A stretch of DNA of 64,000 nucleotides from an uncultured Clostridia bacterium (GTDB taxonomy: Bacteria > Acidobacteriota > Aminicenantia > UBA2199). Under the pieces are notes generated by a model. That model had not been told where the DNA came from, did no database searches, and was given only the letters and a program-made list of their open reading frames with translations. Below are positions 42,774 through 50,804 of this stretch, piece after piece (positions within the stretch are counted from its first letter, which is position 1; every line of letters starts with the position of its first letter). Made by a program: the position numbers and the translations under genes. The DNA is taken from positions 9,431-73,430 of the forward strand of contig CAZCVI010000029.1 of the NCBI GenBank assembly GCA_964502145.1, written 5' to 3'.

Positions 42774-43007
42774 AATCCAATTAAGCCATTTTTGAATCAT
42801 TTGGTTGCTATCTGTCCCAGTCAGCTCATTTTGTGGAAGAAATATATATTAGACCATAAAATAGGGGGGATGTCAATGAAAAATAAAAAATATCGGCAAT
42901 TCTCATTTTGATTTATTAAAAATGATGAATGGCAAAGCGTTAAAAAAAACCGGCTCCTTCGAATTGGCATGAATATTTTACACTCCCCCCCTTTTTTTTT
43001 AGAGAAA

Positions 43008-43089
43008 ATTCGTGTTAATTCGTGTAATTCGTGGGCAAAAAAATCTTTTTCCGAATCTGGATAATCATTTTAATCTGTGTAATCTGTGG
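43008..43089. repeat. Word-repeat block: ATTCGTG x3 (43008, 43018, 43027), ATCTTTTT box (43043-43050), AATCTGTG x2 (43072, 43081)
   Basis: aaATTCGTGttaATTCGTGtaATTCGTGggcaaaaaaATCTTTTTccg...ttAATCTGTGtAATCTGTGgtt. The same words occur at 83-128, 3547-3566 and 37600-37607. Confidence 0.85.
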
Positions 43090-43124
43090 TTAAAAAAATA
43101 ACACCTGGGAATTTTAACCTCGAC

Positions 43125-43153
43125 TTGACTTTTTTGGGGGTTTTGTTTACTAT
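43125..43153 (+). promoter_or_regulatory. Sigma70-type promoter TTGACT-N17-TACTAT
   Basis: TTGACT at 43125-43130, TACTAT at 43148-43153. GGAGG at 43161, ATG at 43171. Confidence 0.6.
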
Positions 43154-43170
43154 AAGACCAGGAGGAAATA

Positions 43171-44763
43171 ATGGCTTGCTTTATGAAATGGTTGATTTTC
43201 CCCTGTATGGGCTTGTTACTTCTCTTCTGCTGCACTGGGGACGGGGTAACTGAAGAGAAAAAGGTGCGGGCTTACTTGACGACAATGGCTTGGTACCCGG
43301 ACTCTGCGCCTGAATTAAAAGAGCTGCTGGATGGGTTTTTTAAGAAAACGAAAGCACACGGTTACACGGGAAAAGTAGTGGGGTTGATTTCGCCACACGC
43401 GGGACTTTCGCACTCGGGGCTGTGCGCGGCGAGTGGCTTTAAACAATTGGCGGGAAGGAAGGATATTGAACGGGTTATTCTGCTGGGTGTGTCTCATCGG
43501 AGCGGATTTTATGGGGCGGCGGTAGGAGATTTTACGCACGAAAGCACGCCGCTGGGTTTAATTGAGGTGGATACGGAGATCACGGGGAAACTGGCGAAAG
43601 AAAGACTGTTCAAAAAAGATAATGCACTGATGCAAAAGGAACACTCACTGGAAAATGTACTGCCCTTTCTACAATACATGATGAATGAACAAAAAAACAC
43701 GGGCTATAAAATCGTGTCGATCCTGTTCAGCCACATGACAGAAAAAGATGTGCAAAAAGCGGCGGTCATTATTAATAAATATGTGACGGATAAAACCCTG
43801 CTGATTGCAAGCTCAGATTTCACGCACTATGGGAGCAACTACGGCTATGTACCTTTTGTGAAAGATATCAAAAACAACCTGACGGCACTGGATACAGGGA
43901 TGATCAAGACGATTACACAACTGGACCTGAAAGGCTACAGGAACTACATGGAAAAAACGGGGATCACGATGTGTGGGTTTGTGCCGGTGGGGGTTTTGCT
44001 GCATATTCTGGCTGGGAAAGGCTACACGGGCACGGTAATGGATTATTACAAATCGGCGGACGGCACGAACGACTACTCCTTGAGCGTGAGTTACGCGGCC
44101 ATTGTTTTTTACGATAAAAATGCGAAGAAAAAAAATAGGGAGAATAAAATGACAACAGATAAGAGGGATAAAACGGAAAATACGGAAACGAATCCATTAA
44201 AACTTACGAAAACAGACGAGGAGGTATTACTGAAACTGGCCCGCCAAACGCTGGAGGATTATTTCGCTGGGAAAAAGGACTCGCTGGGCGATATTGAAAG
44301 GCAATACGGGTTCTCAAAAGGATTGCAGGAAAACGCGGGGGTCTTTGTGACGCTACGGGAAGAAGGCGACCTGCGGGGCTGCATTGGTGCGATTGTGGGC
44401 CGGGAACCTCTCTGGCAAGGAGTGCGCAGCAATGCGCTGAATGCGGCACTACACGATCCACGATTCAACCGGGTGGAAAAGAACGAATTGAAAAAGATTG
44501 CTATTGAAATCTCGGTGATGACGCCGCTTCAAGAAATCACAGATTATAAAACTATTCGCGTGGGCATAGACGGGGTGATTATTCGCAAAGGAAACTATCA
44601 AGCAGTGTTCCTGCCACAAGTGGCGACTGAAACGGGCTGGAATTTAGACGAATTCCTGGGCCATTTGTGCCAAAAAGCGGGACTACCCATGAATGCATAT
44701 CAAGCGGAAGGAATGGAATTTCTGATTTTTCAAGCATTGGTGTTCGGGGAAAAGGAAGAATAA
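43171..44763 (+). CDS. Fused AmmeMemoRadiSam system protein B (Memo-like) + protein A (AMMECR1) with an N-terminal hydrophobic signal-like segment
   Basis: N-terminus WLIFPCMGLLLLFCC. Memo motifs AWYPDS and GLISPHAGLSHSG. AMMECR1 motif GVFVTLREEGDLRGCIGAIVG. Confidence 0.8.
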   Translation: MACFMKWLIFPCMGLLLLFCCTGDGVTEEKKVRAYLTTMAWYPDSAPELKELLDGFFKKTKAHGYTGKVVGLISPHAGLSHSGLCAASGFKQLAGRKDIERVILLGVSHRSGFYGAAVGDFTHESTPLGLIEVDTEITGKLAKERLFKKDNALMQKEHSLENVLPFLQYMMNEQKNTGYKIVSILFSHMTEKDVQKAAVIINKYVTDKTLLIASSDFTHYGSNYGYVPFVKDIKNNLTALDTGMIKTITQLDLKGYRNYMEKTGITMCGFVPVGVLLHILAGKGYTGTVMDYYKSADGTNDYSLSVSYAAIVFYDKNAKKKNRENKMTTDKRDKTENTETNPLKLTKTDEEVLLKLARQTLEDYFAGKKDSLGDIERQYGFSKGLQENAGVFVTLREEGDLRGCIGAIVGREPLWQGVRSNALNAALHDPRFNRVEKNELKKIAIEISVMTPLQEITDYKTIRVGIDGVIIRKGNYQAVFLPQVATETGWNLDEFLGHLCQKAGLPMNAYQAEGMEFLIFQALVFGEKEE

Positions 44764-45746
44764 TGACTGAAACAAAAATTACCCGCCGCTCATTTAACAA
44801 AAGGATGGTACTGGCAACGGCGGGTCTTGCGGGAGTTTTAAGTGTTCCCTATCTGGTTATGCCAACAGGAGGGAAAAGCCGGGTGATTATTGCGCGCTCG
44901 GAAATGTTAAAACGCATGCATAATCAACTGGCAAAAGAACGGGTCGCGCCGTTTCTGGACCGGGCTGTACAGAAATTAACGGGACAAAATTCGCGCGGGG
45001 CAGCATGGAAATCTTTGGTTTCACCAGGGGAACGGGTGGGGATTAAATTGAGTTGTTTGCCTGGACCGGGGTTGTCTTCGTCTTATGGTCTGGTGATGGC
45101 GATTGTAGATGGATTAATGGCGGGAGGAGTGAAAGAGAACAATATTCTGCTCTGGGAACGAACGGATAGAGAATTGGTGCGGGCAGGTTTTGCGCTGAGT
45201 GGTTCGGGGTTACGAGTGCAAGGCACGGATGCTTATGACGGGGATGGGTATGGGGATAATATTGAGTTTGCATACAGTGTGGGCACACGATTCAGTCGTA
45301 TTATGGAGGAAGTGGACGCGCTAATTAATGTGCCGGTACTAAAAGACCACGATTTGTCAGGGGTGTCGATCAGTATGAAGAATTTTTACGGGGCGATTTA
45401 CAATCCGAACAAATTCCACCGCAACAATTGCAACCCGTATATCGCGGAACTAAACTCGCATAGCTTAATCAAGGACAAATTGCGTTTGATTGTCTGCGAT
45501 GGGTCGCGTATCCAGGTTAATAATGGCCCGGCGTATTTCCCACGGTATGCGGTGGAGTACGGGGCGATCCTGGTAAGCCAAGATCCAGTGGCGCTTGATT
45601 TTGCGGGCTGGCAAATCATTGAAAAAGAACGGCAAAGACTGCAATTACCGACTCTAAAAGCAGTGGAACGAGAACCGAAATACATCCTCACAGCAGAAAC
45701 ATTAAAATTAGGCACAACACGCGGGGAATGTGTGTACATTGAATAA
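44763..45746 (+). CDS. DUF362-family protein with a twin-arginine (Tat) signal
   Basis: The ATG overlaps the upstream TAA (TAATG). MTETKITRRSFNKRMVLATAGLAGVL. DUF362-like VPVLKDHDLSGVSISMKNFYG. The ORF track start at 44667 is rejected. Confidence 0.7.
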   Translation: MTETKITRRSFNKRMVLATAGLAGVLSVPYLVMPTGGKSRVIIARSEMLKRMHNQLAKERVAPFLDRAVQKLTGQNSRGAAWKSLVSPGERVGIKLSCLPGPGLSSSYGLVMAIVDGLMAGGVKENNILLWERTDRELVRAGFALSGSGLRVQGTDAYDGDGYGDNIEFAYSVGTRFSRIMEEVDALINVPVLKDHDLSGVSISMKNFYGAIYNPNKFHRNNCNPYIAELNSHSLIKDKLRLIVCDGSRIQVNNGPAYFPRYAVEYGAILVSQDPVALDFAGWQIIEKERQRLQLPTLKAVEREPKYILTAETLKLGTTRGECVYIE

Positions 45747-45754
45747 GGATCACC

Positions 45755-46963
45755 ATGAAAACAACTATTTCATCGTCCAGTAAGTCGAATAAATCCAGCT
45801 TGTCCACATCGTCCACATCGTCCATATCGTCCACACTGTCCACATCTTCCACTGGCTTCACGCGGCGCTCATTTATTAAGGCGAGTGCGTTAACGGCCTG
45901 CTCACTGTGCGCGGGATTTATGCCGGTATTGGGGGGTGGGAAACAAGAACAGAGCGCATTTATTCGTGAAGCGCGCTATTATGAAAAACAAACAGAGAAA
46001 CGCTTGACCTGTAAATTATGCCCGCACGAATGCCGGGTAGCGGATTTGGAACGAGGCACCTGCGGGGTACGGGAAAATAATGGGGGCACGTATTACACGC
46101 ATGTTTATGGGAACCCATGTTCAATGCACATCGATCCGATTGAAAAAAAACCGCTCTTTCATTATTTTCCGACAACCCAAGCGCTGTCAATAGGAACAGC
46201 GGGATGTAATTTCGCATGCAAATTCTGCCAGAACTGGGAAATCTCGCAAAAACGCCCGGAACAGGTGCAGAGTCAAAAAGTGTACCCGGCGGAACTTATT
46301 AAGCTGGCACAAGAGAACAAATGCAAGACGGTGGCACACACATACACGGAACCGGTTATCTTTTTTGAGTATATGCTGGACTGTGCGATCGAAGGGAAAA
46401 AACGGGGGGTGCGGAACGTGATGATCTCGAACGGTTTTATCCAGGAAAAACCAATGCGGGAAGTGTGCCAGTACCTGGGAGCGGTAAAAATTGATTTGAA
46501 AGCGTTTACGGAGAAGTTCTATAGCACGATGTGCGAGGGAAAATTAAAACCGGTGCTGGATACGTTACTGGTATTAAAAGAGGTGGGCATCTGGTTTGAA
46601 TTGGTGGTATTGGTGATTCCAACGCTCAATGATAGCCAGGCGGAGTTAACGGGGATGACGCGGTGGATCGTGAAAGAACTGGGCGGGAATGTACCGCTGC
46701 ATTTTTCACGTTATTACCCGACATTCATGTTAAAAAACATCCCACCAACACCACCGGAAACATTACACAGGGCGCGACGGATTGCACTGGATAACGGGGT
46801 GAAATTTGTTTATATTGGCAACATGGTCTCAGATGCAGAGAACACGTTCTGCCCAGCCTGCGGTAAAGTGCTTATTGAACGACTGCGCTACTCGGTAGAT
46901 ATTGTGGGAATGAAAAAAAATACATGCAAATACTGCGGGGAAACGATCCCGGGGGTCTTTTAA
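45755..46963 (+). CDS. AmmeMemoRadiSam system radical SAM enzyme with a Ser/Thr-rich N-terminus and a Tat-like motif
   Basis: CNFACKFCQNW (CxxxCxxC) and an upstream CKLCPHEC cluster. TRRSFIKASALTACSLCAG near the N-terminus. Confidence 0.8.
   Translation: MKTTISSSSKSNKSSLSTSSTSSISSTLSTSSTGFTRRSFIKASALTACSLCAGFMPVLGGGKQEQSAFIREARYYEKQTEKRLTCKLCPHECRVADLERGTCGVRENNGGTYYTHVYGNPCSMHIDPIEKKPLFHYFPTTQALSIGTAGCNFACKFCQNWEISQKRPEQVQSQKVYPAELIKLAQENKCKTVAHTYTEPVIFFEYMLDCAIEGKKRGVRNVMISNGFIQEKPMREVCQYLGAVKIDLKAFTEKFYSTMCEGKLKPVLDTLLVLKEVGIWFELVVLVIPTLNDSQAELTGMTRWIVKELGGNVPLHFSRYYPTFMLKNIPPTPPETLHRARRIALDNGVKFVYIGNMVSDAENTFCPACGKVLIERLRYSVDIVGMKKNTCKYCGETIPGVF
45802..45855 (+). repeat. 9-bp word repeat GTCCACATC x5-6 inside the 5' coding region (encodes STSSTSSISSTLSTSS)
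   Basis: GTCCACATC GTCCACATC GTCCATATC GTCCACACT GTCCACATC TTCCACTGG. The same word is found at 14044-14061. Confidence 0.85.
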
Positions 46964-46987
46964 AACACGACGGTTTTTTTCGCTCAC

Positions 46988-47875
46988 TCAATCATTGTGA
47001 TCGGGCTGCATGCTTTCGTCTTCCTCATTGAAATTATAATCGGGAACATTTGGAACCTGATCCTTCTCATTGTCGGGCATGTTTTGGGCATCATGAATTT
47101 TTTCGCTAGTTTCTGCACTGGTATCATGCGAATCATCGTCTGCATCATCATCTGAATCGTCTTGGGGTTCGTCTTCTATTATTTCGTCATCGTCTCTATC
47201 GTAGATGATGGAATCTTCCTCGTTATCCAAGAACTCCTCTTCCTCGTCTTCGAGTTCATAGGAGATGATGGCTTCTTCTTCATCGGCGACATTGCCATTG
47301 ACGTATTCAAAGGTTTTCCCGACGGTAAAATCGTGGCGATTGCCCAGTCCCTGTCCTTTGATCACAACGGTCTTAAATTTATCTTTGTTGCGATCTTTAC
47401 CTTTATCTTTGCCGCGATCCTTGCCGCGATCTTTACCACGATCCTTGCCGCGATCCTTGCCTCTATCTTTCCCTCTATTTTTATCTTTGCCGCGCTCTTT
47501 GCCTTTGTTTTTATCTTTGTCTATATCGGTGTCTTGTGCCTGGTTGTGATCTTTTTCTTTTTCCGCGGCTTTGGCTTTTTCGGCTTCTATGGCTTTTTCA
47601 GCTTCTATGGCTTTTTCTTTCTCTTTTTCAAGAAGTTTCTTTTTATCTAGGCCACCCTCTTTAAGGGATCTCTCGTAGTCTCTTCTTTCCTGGGTATGGC
47701 CCAAGACATAGGCTTTAATTTTTTGCGAGACATCAAAGGCCGGAGTTTTTACGGAAACAAAATCCCCGGTGGTGAGGGTAATGATGGTGGTTCTATCCAT
47801 GGTACTTTCTATTGATTTAATGGCGTCGGTATTCAAGAGAATTTCAACACCGTCGGTTCGTATCACTCGGATCAT
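46988..47875 (-). CDS. FlbD/SwrD-like N-terminal domain fused to a long basic (KDRG)n repeat and an acidic tail
   Basis: MIRVIRTDGVEILLNTDAIKSIESTMDRTTIITLTTGDFVSVKTP matches the FlbD pattern (M..L.R.NG....LN...I..IE....T.I.L..G....V). This is followed by GKDRGKDRGKDRGKDRGKDRGK and a D/E-rich C-terminus. Confidence 0.6.
   Translation of the reverse strand: MIRVIRTDGVEILLNTDAIKSIESTMDRTTIITLTTGDFVSVKTPAFDVSQKIKAYVLGHTQERRDYERSLKEGGLDKKKLLEKEKEKAIEAEKAIEAEKAKAAEKEKDHNQAQDTDIDKDKNKGKERGKDKNRGKDRGKDRGKDRGKDRGKDRGKDKGKDRNKDKFKTVVIKGQGLGNRHDFTVGKTFEYVNGNVADEEEAIISYELEDEEEEFLDNEEDSIIYDRDDDEIIEDEPQDDSDDDADDDSHDTSAETSEKIHDAQNMPDNEKDQVPNVPDYNFNEEDESMQPDHND
47381..47520 (-). repeat. Tandem 12-bp coding repeat (plus-strand unit GCGATCCTTGCC; KDRG on the minus strand), degenerate at both edges
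   Basis: gccgcgatccttgccgcgatctttaccacgatccttgccgcgatccttgcc, read directly. Confidence 0.8.
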
Positions 47876-47987
47876 TGTTTCATAGCTCCTGCACTATATT
47901 TCCAAAATGCATATATCATAATGTGTATATCAGCATGCGTAAATAATAACATAATAATACCACTTTTTCGCCTGTTTGACAATCATG

Positions 47988-48719
47988 CTAGTCGTTTTTG
48001 AGGAAAAAGACTTCGGAGAGTTTTTCATAATTGAAAAACTTGTCAATAATCTTCAAGGCATTGTACGCGGCGTCTTGTTCGGCTTTGCGTTTATTTTTTC
48101 CTGTGCCGCGCCCGATTTCATTGTTTTCGAGGTACACGGCAACAGTAAAAATGAGGTCCGGGGGCTTGCCAGTCTCCTCGATAATTTTATAATAGGGAAG
48201 GTTGATGTTTTTCTTTTGTATGACTTCTTGAAGCTCGGATTTATAATCATTGATTTTGATTTCTTTCTCATTGAAACGACTGAGGTAATCTTTGAAGTAC
48301 TCAATGATGATAGAAGCGGTGACCTTGTAATTGGAATCAACATACATGGCACCAACAATGGCTTCCAAGAGGGAAGCACTGATCTTGTTGTTGCTCCTGC
48401 CGTCGTTCTTCTCCTCGCCTTTCCCAAGAAACACATAATCACAAAGATTAATGGATTGGGAAATGATGGACAGAGAATTGGTAGAGACGAGATGGGCTTT
48501 TATCTTGGACAACTCGCCCTCATTAAGGGTAGGAAATTGTTTGAAAAGATAATCGGTAATAATCAGACTGATGACAGAGTCACCGAGGAACTCGAGTTTT
48601 TCATTATCAGGGAGTCCTTTTTTTACGCCCTCGTTATAGGATTTATGAATCAAGGCATTGCGTAGCAGTTCTTTATTTTTGAATGTATAATTGAGTTCTT
48701 TTTCTAGCTCTTCCAGCAT
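47988..48719 (-). CDS. rnc: Ribonuclease III
   Basis: NEKLEFLGDSVISLIITDYLF signature, a C-terminal dsRBD-like region and typical size (243 aa). Confidence 0.9.
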   Translation of the reverse strand: MLEELEKELNYTFKNKELLRNALIHKSYNEGVKKGLPDNEKLEFLGDSVISLIITDYLFKQFPTLNEGELSKIKAHLVSTNSLSIISQSINLCDYVFLGKGEEKNDGRSNNKISASLLEAIVGAMYVDSNYKVTASIIIEYFKDYLSRFNEKEIKINDYKSELQEVIQKKNINLPYYKIIEETGKPPDLIFTVAVYLENNEIGRGTGKNKRKAEQDAAYNALKIIDKFFNYEKLSEVFFLKND

Positions 48720-48731
48720 GGGTTTTCCTGT

Positions 48732-50675
48732 TTATAACACTTTAAGAATGATAAAAGTCAGGTCATCACGATTGATGGTTGACTCGGAGAATTTAATACT
48801 AAAATCAAGTATCTTCTGTTTGATGACTTCGACGCCAAGGCGATGGTTATCGCAGAGAATGCGTTTTAAATTGGTGATACCGAGCATTTCTTCGTCTTCA
48901 TTCATGATTTCGGAGAGGCCGTCAGAAAAGAGAAAGAGGATATCACCGGGGAAATAATCCATTTCAATCTCTTTTATCTTGCTCTCGGAGAAATTAATGA
49001 GTCCAATGGCCATACCCTGAGGGAAAAGTTCGCTGCATTTATTTTCTTTGGCGCTGTAAAAGAGGGCGGGGGTGTGACCGGCACGGGCGAGGACGAATTT
49101 CTTCTCAGGAATTTTGAATTGGGCTTCATTCATGGTGATAAACGTGACGCGGTCAAAAGAGGATTTTAAGCTATGGTGGCATTCGGCAATAAGCGCGGCA
49201 GGCGACATGACTTCGCGTTGGAGATGATTGATAACACCTTTTAATTCAGCCATATAAAACGCGGCGGAAGCACCTTTCCCTGAGACATCGGCAACAAGGA
49301 TCGAGAGGTACGCATCTTTTTGGTAGAAATAGTCGAAATAATCACCGGCGATTTCAGCGGCAGGGATATTTACGGCTGCCAGTTCGAATTCAGGGGTTTG
49401 GAACGAATCGGGGGGCAATAATTTTAATTGAATACTGCGGGCAATACGCAGTTCTTCTTCAAGACGTTGTTTTTCCTTCTCATCAATGAGCAGGCGGTCA
49501 ATACCAGAGGCCATTTCATTGAAAGATTCGGCAAGATATTGCAATTGGTCACCGGAACGGGTTTTAATACGAAAGGAAAAATCACCGTTCCGGATCCGCT
49601 GGGTTCCTTTCGTTAATTGGTTGACGGCGCGAGTGATCACGCGAACCATACGCACACCAATGAGAAATGAAATAAAAATGAGTGTCACAAACAGAAAAGA
49701 AAAAGAGAGGACAAGTTGGCGGGTAGTATGATGGGCGGGACTGGAAATAGTAGATACTATCTTTTTATAAATCTTGCCAAAATCCATGGACAACACAAAA
49801 TCACCATCGCGTTTTAAGGGCTGGTTATCAATAATGGTATTAAAATCAAAAAAACTATAGGTAAACACGGCGAGCGGAGTAGCGTTATCTATGGTCTGGG
49901 TATTTGCGGCCTCGGTGATGATGGTGGACGTTTTACCAGTGAGGCGGGAGGTGGACATGGCGTTTTTAGGATGGATGGAGTGGGTCGCAGCCATTTTGGC
50001 GTAATAGGGCGCGGGGCGTTTATAAATAATTTTAAAATCGCTGATCACTGATAACGCATCGAGAAATTGTTGATTGATCTCATACGCCACCAGCACAGCG
50101 AGGGTCTCGGTTTTATTCAATGCACCGAGATAAAGCTTTTCATCCACTAAAAAATAACCGCTATATTCACCCATGATCAGCTTGGCAGTATTAATATTTT
50201 TGGGGAATTTAAAAAACGGTTGAAAGGTAGCGCCTTTTTTTTCCCAGAAGACTGTGATAAAAGGCATCATGTTGATCTTTTCAAAACCTTCGACCTCTTT
50301 AAGCATCAATTGGGAGTCATTATACTTTAAATAGTAGGCGCTGATGGTTTCGAGTTTATTCACACGATCGGTCATCATATTGCCAATGATAATACCACCG
50401 TATTGGGTGATGACCACGGAACTGATGAGGTAGAAAAAAAACGTGATGAACAAAATGGGGGTAGCCACAAGGAATAAGGCGGAAAAAATGAGCCGGTTTC
50501 TGATCTGCCAGAGGAGTTTTTGTCTGACGTAAACCATCAGCCTGATAAGTGAAACAAGAATAAACGCCCACAACATGAGTTTAAAAACAAGGGGGGGAAA
50601 CAAGAAATAGGACAATACTGTCAATAATAACAATAAGGCAATCAGGATATCTGTTTTCTTCCACCGAGTCAGCAT
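48732..50675 (-). CDS. Membrane sensor with HAMP domain and PP2C/SpoIIE phosphatase domain (RsbU-like)
   Basis: N-terminal TM helices. HAMP segment VITRAVNQLTKGTQRIRNGDFSFRI...LAESFNEMASGI. SpoIIE motifs IAGDYFDYF and ILVADVSGKGASAAFYMA. Confidence 0.8.
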   Translation of the reverse strand: MLTRWKKTDILIALLLLLTVLSYFLFPPLVFKLMLWAFILVSLIRLMVYVRQKLLWQIRNRLIFSALFLVATPILFITFFFYLISSVVITQYGGIIIGNMMTDRVNKLETISAYYLKYNDSQLMLKEVEGFEKINMMPFITVFWEKKGATFQPFFKFPKNINTAKLIMGEYSGYFLVDEKLYLGALNKTETLAVLVAYEINQQFLDALSVISDFKIIYKRPAPYYAKMAATHSIHPKNAMSTSRLTGKTSTIITEAANTQTIDNATPLAVFTYSFFDFNTIIDNQPLKRDGDFVLSMDFGKIYKKIVSTISSPAHHTTRQLVLSFSFLFVTLIFISFLIGVRMVRVITRAVNQLTKGTQRIRNGDFSFRIKTRSGDQLQYLAESFNEMASGIDRLLIDEKEKQRLEEELRIARSIQLKLLPPDSFQTPEFELAAVNIPAAEIAGDYFDYFYQKDAYLSILVADVSGKGASAAFYMAELKGVINHLQREVMSPAALIAECHHSLKSSFDRVTFITMNEAQFKIPEKKFVLARAGHTPALFYSAKENKCSELFPQGMAIGLINFSESKIKEIEMDYFPGDILFLFSDGLSEIMNEDEEMLGITNLKRILCDNHRLGVEVIKQKILDFSIKFSESTINRDDLTFIILKVL

Positions 50676-50753
50676 TATCCTATTATAGTCTTAAATGGCA
50701 TAAAAAACAATAGGGAGGGGGGAGTTAAATTTTGCGTTTTTTTTTGCGCTTGA

Positions 50754-50782
50754 TATTGCGCATAAAGTGGCATTCCTGTATA
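50754..50782 (+). promoter_or_regulatory. Sigma70-type promoter TTGCGC-N17-TATAAT
   Basis: TTGCGC at 50754-50759, TATAAT at 50777-50782. GGAGG at 50794, ATG at 50805. Confidence 0.5.
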
Positions 50783-50804
50783 ATCGTGTTTTTACGGAGG
50801 AATT

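Noticed and set aside
42848-42876. A possible minus-strand promoter for the RiPP operon (TTGACA-N17-TCTAAT on the minus strand).
   Set aside because: The -10 hexamer is poor and the region is generally A+T-rich, so many pseudo-matches exist. It is left unannotated.
47162-47650. A 162-aa plus-strand ORF (FFGFYGFF-type sequence).
   Set aside because: It is the antisense reading of the KDRG and acidic repeat region. This is a repeat-driven artefact.
47976-48665. A 229-aa plus-strand ORF.
   Set aside because: It is entirely antisense to rnc, whose RNase III signature is unambiguous. Its product is low-complexity and hydrophobic, without motifs.
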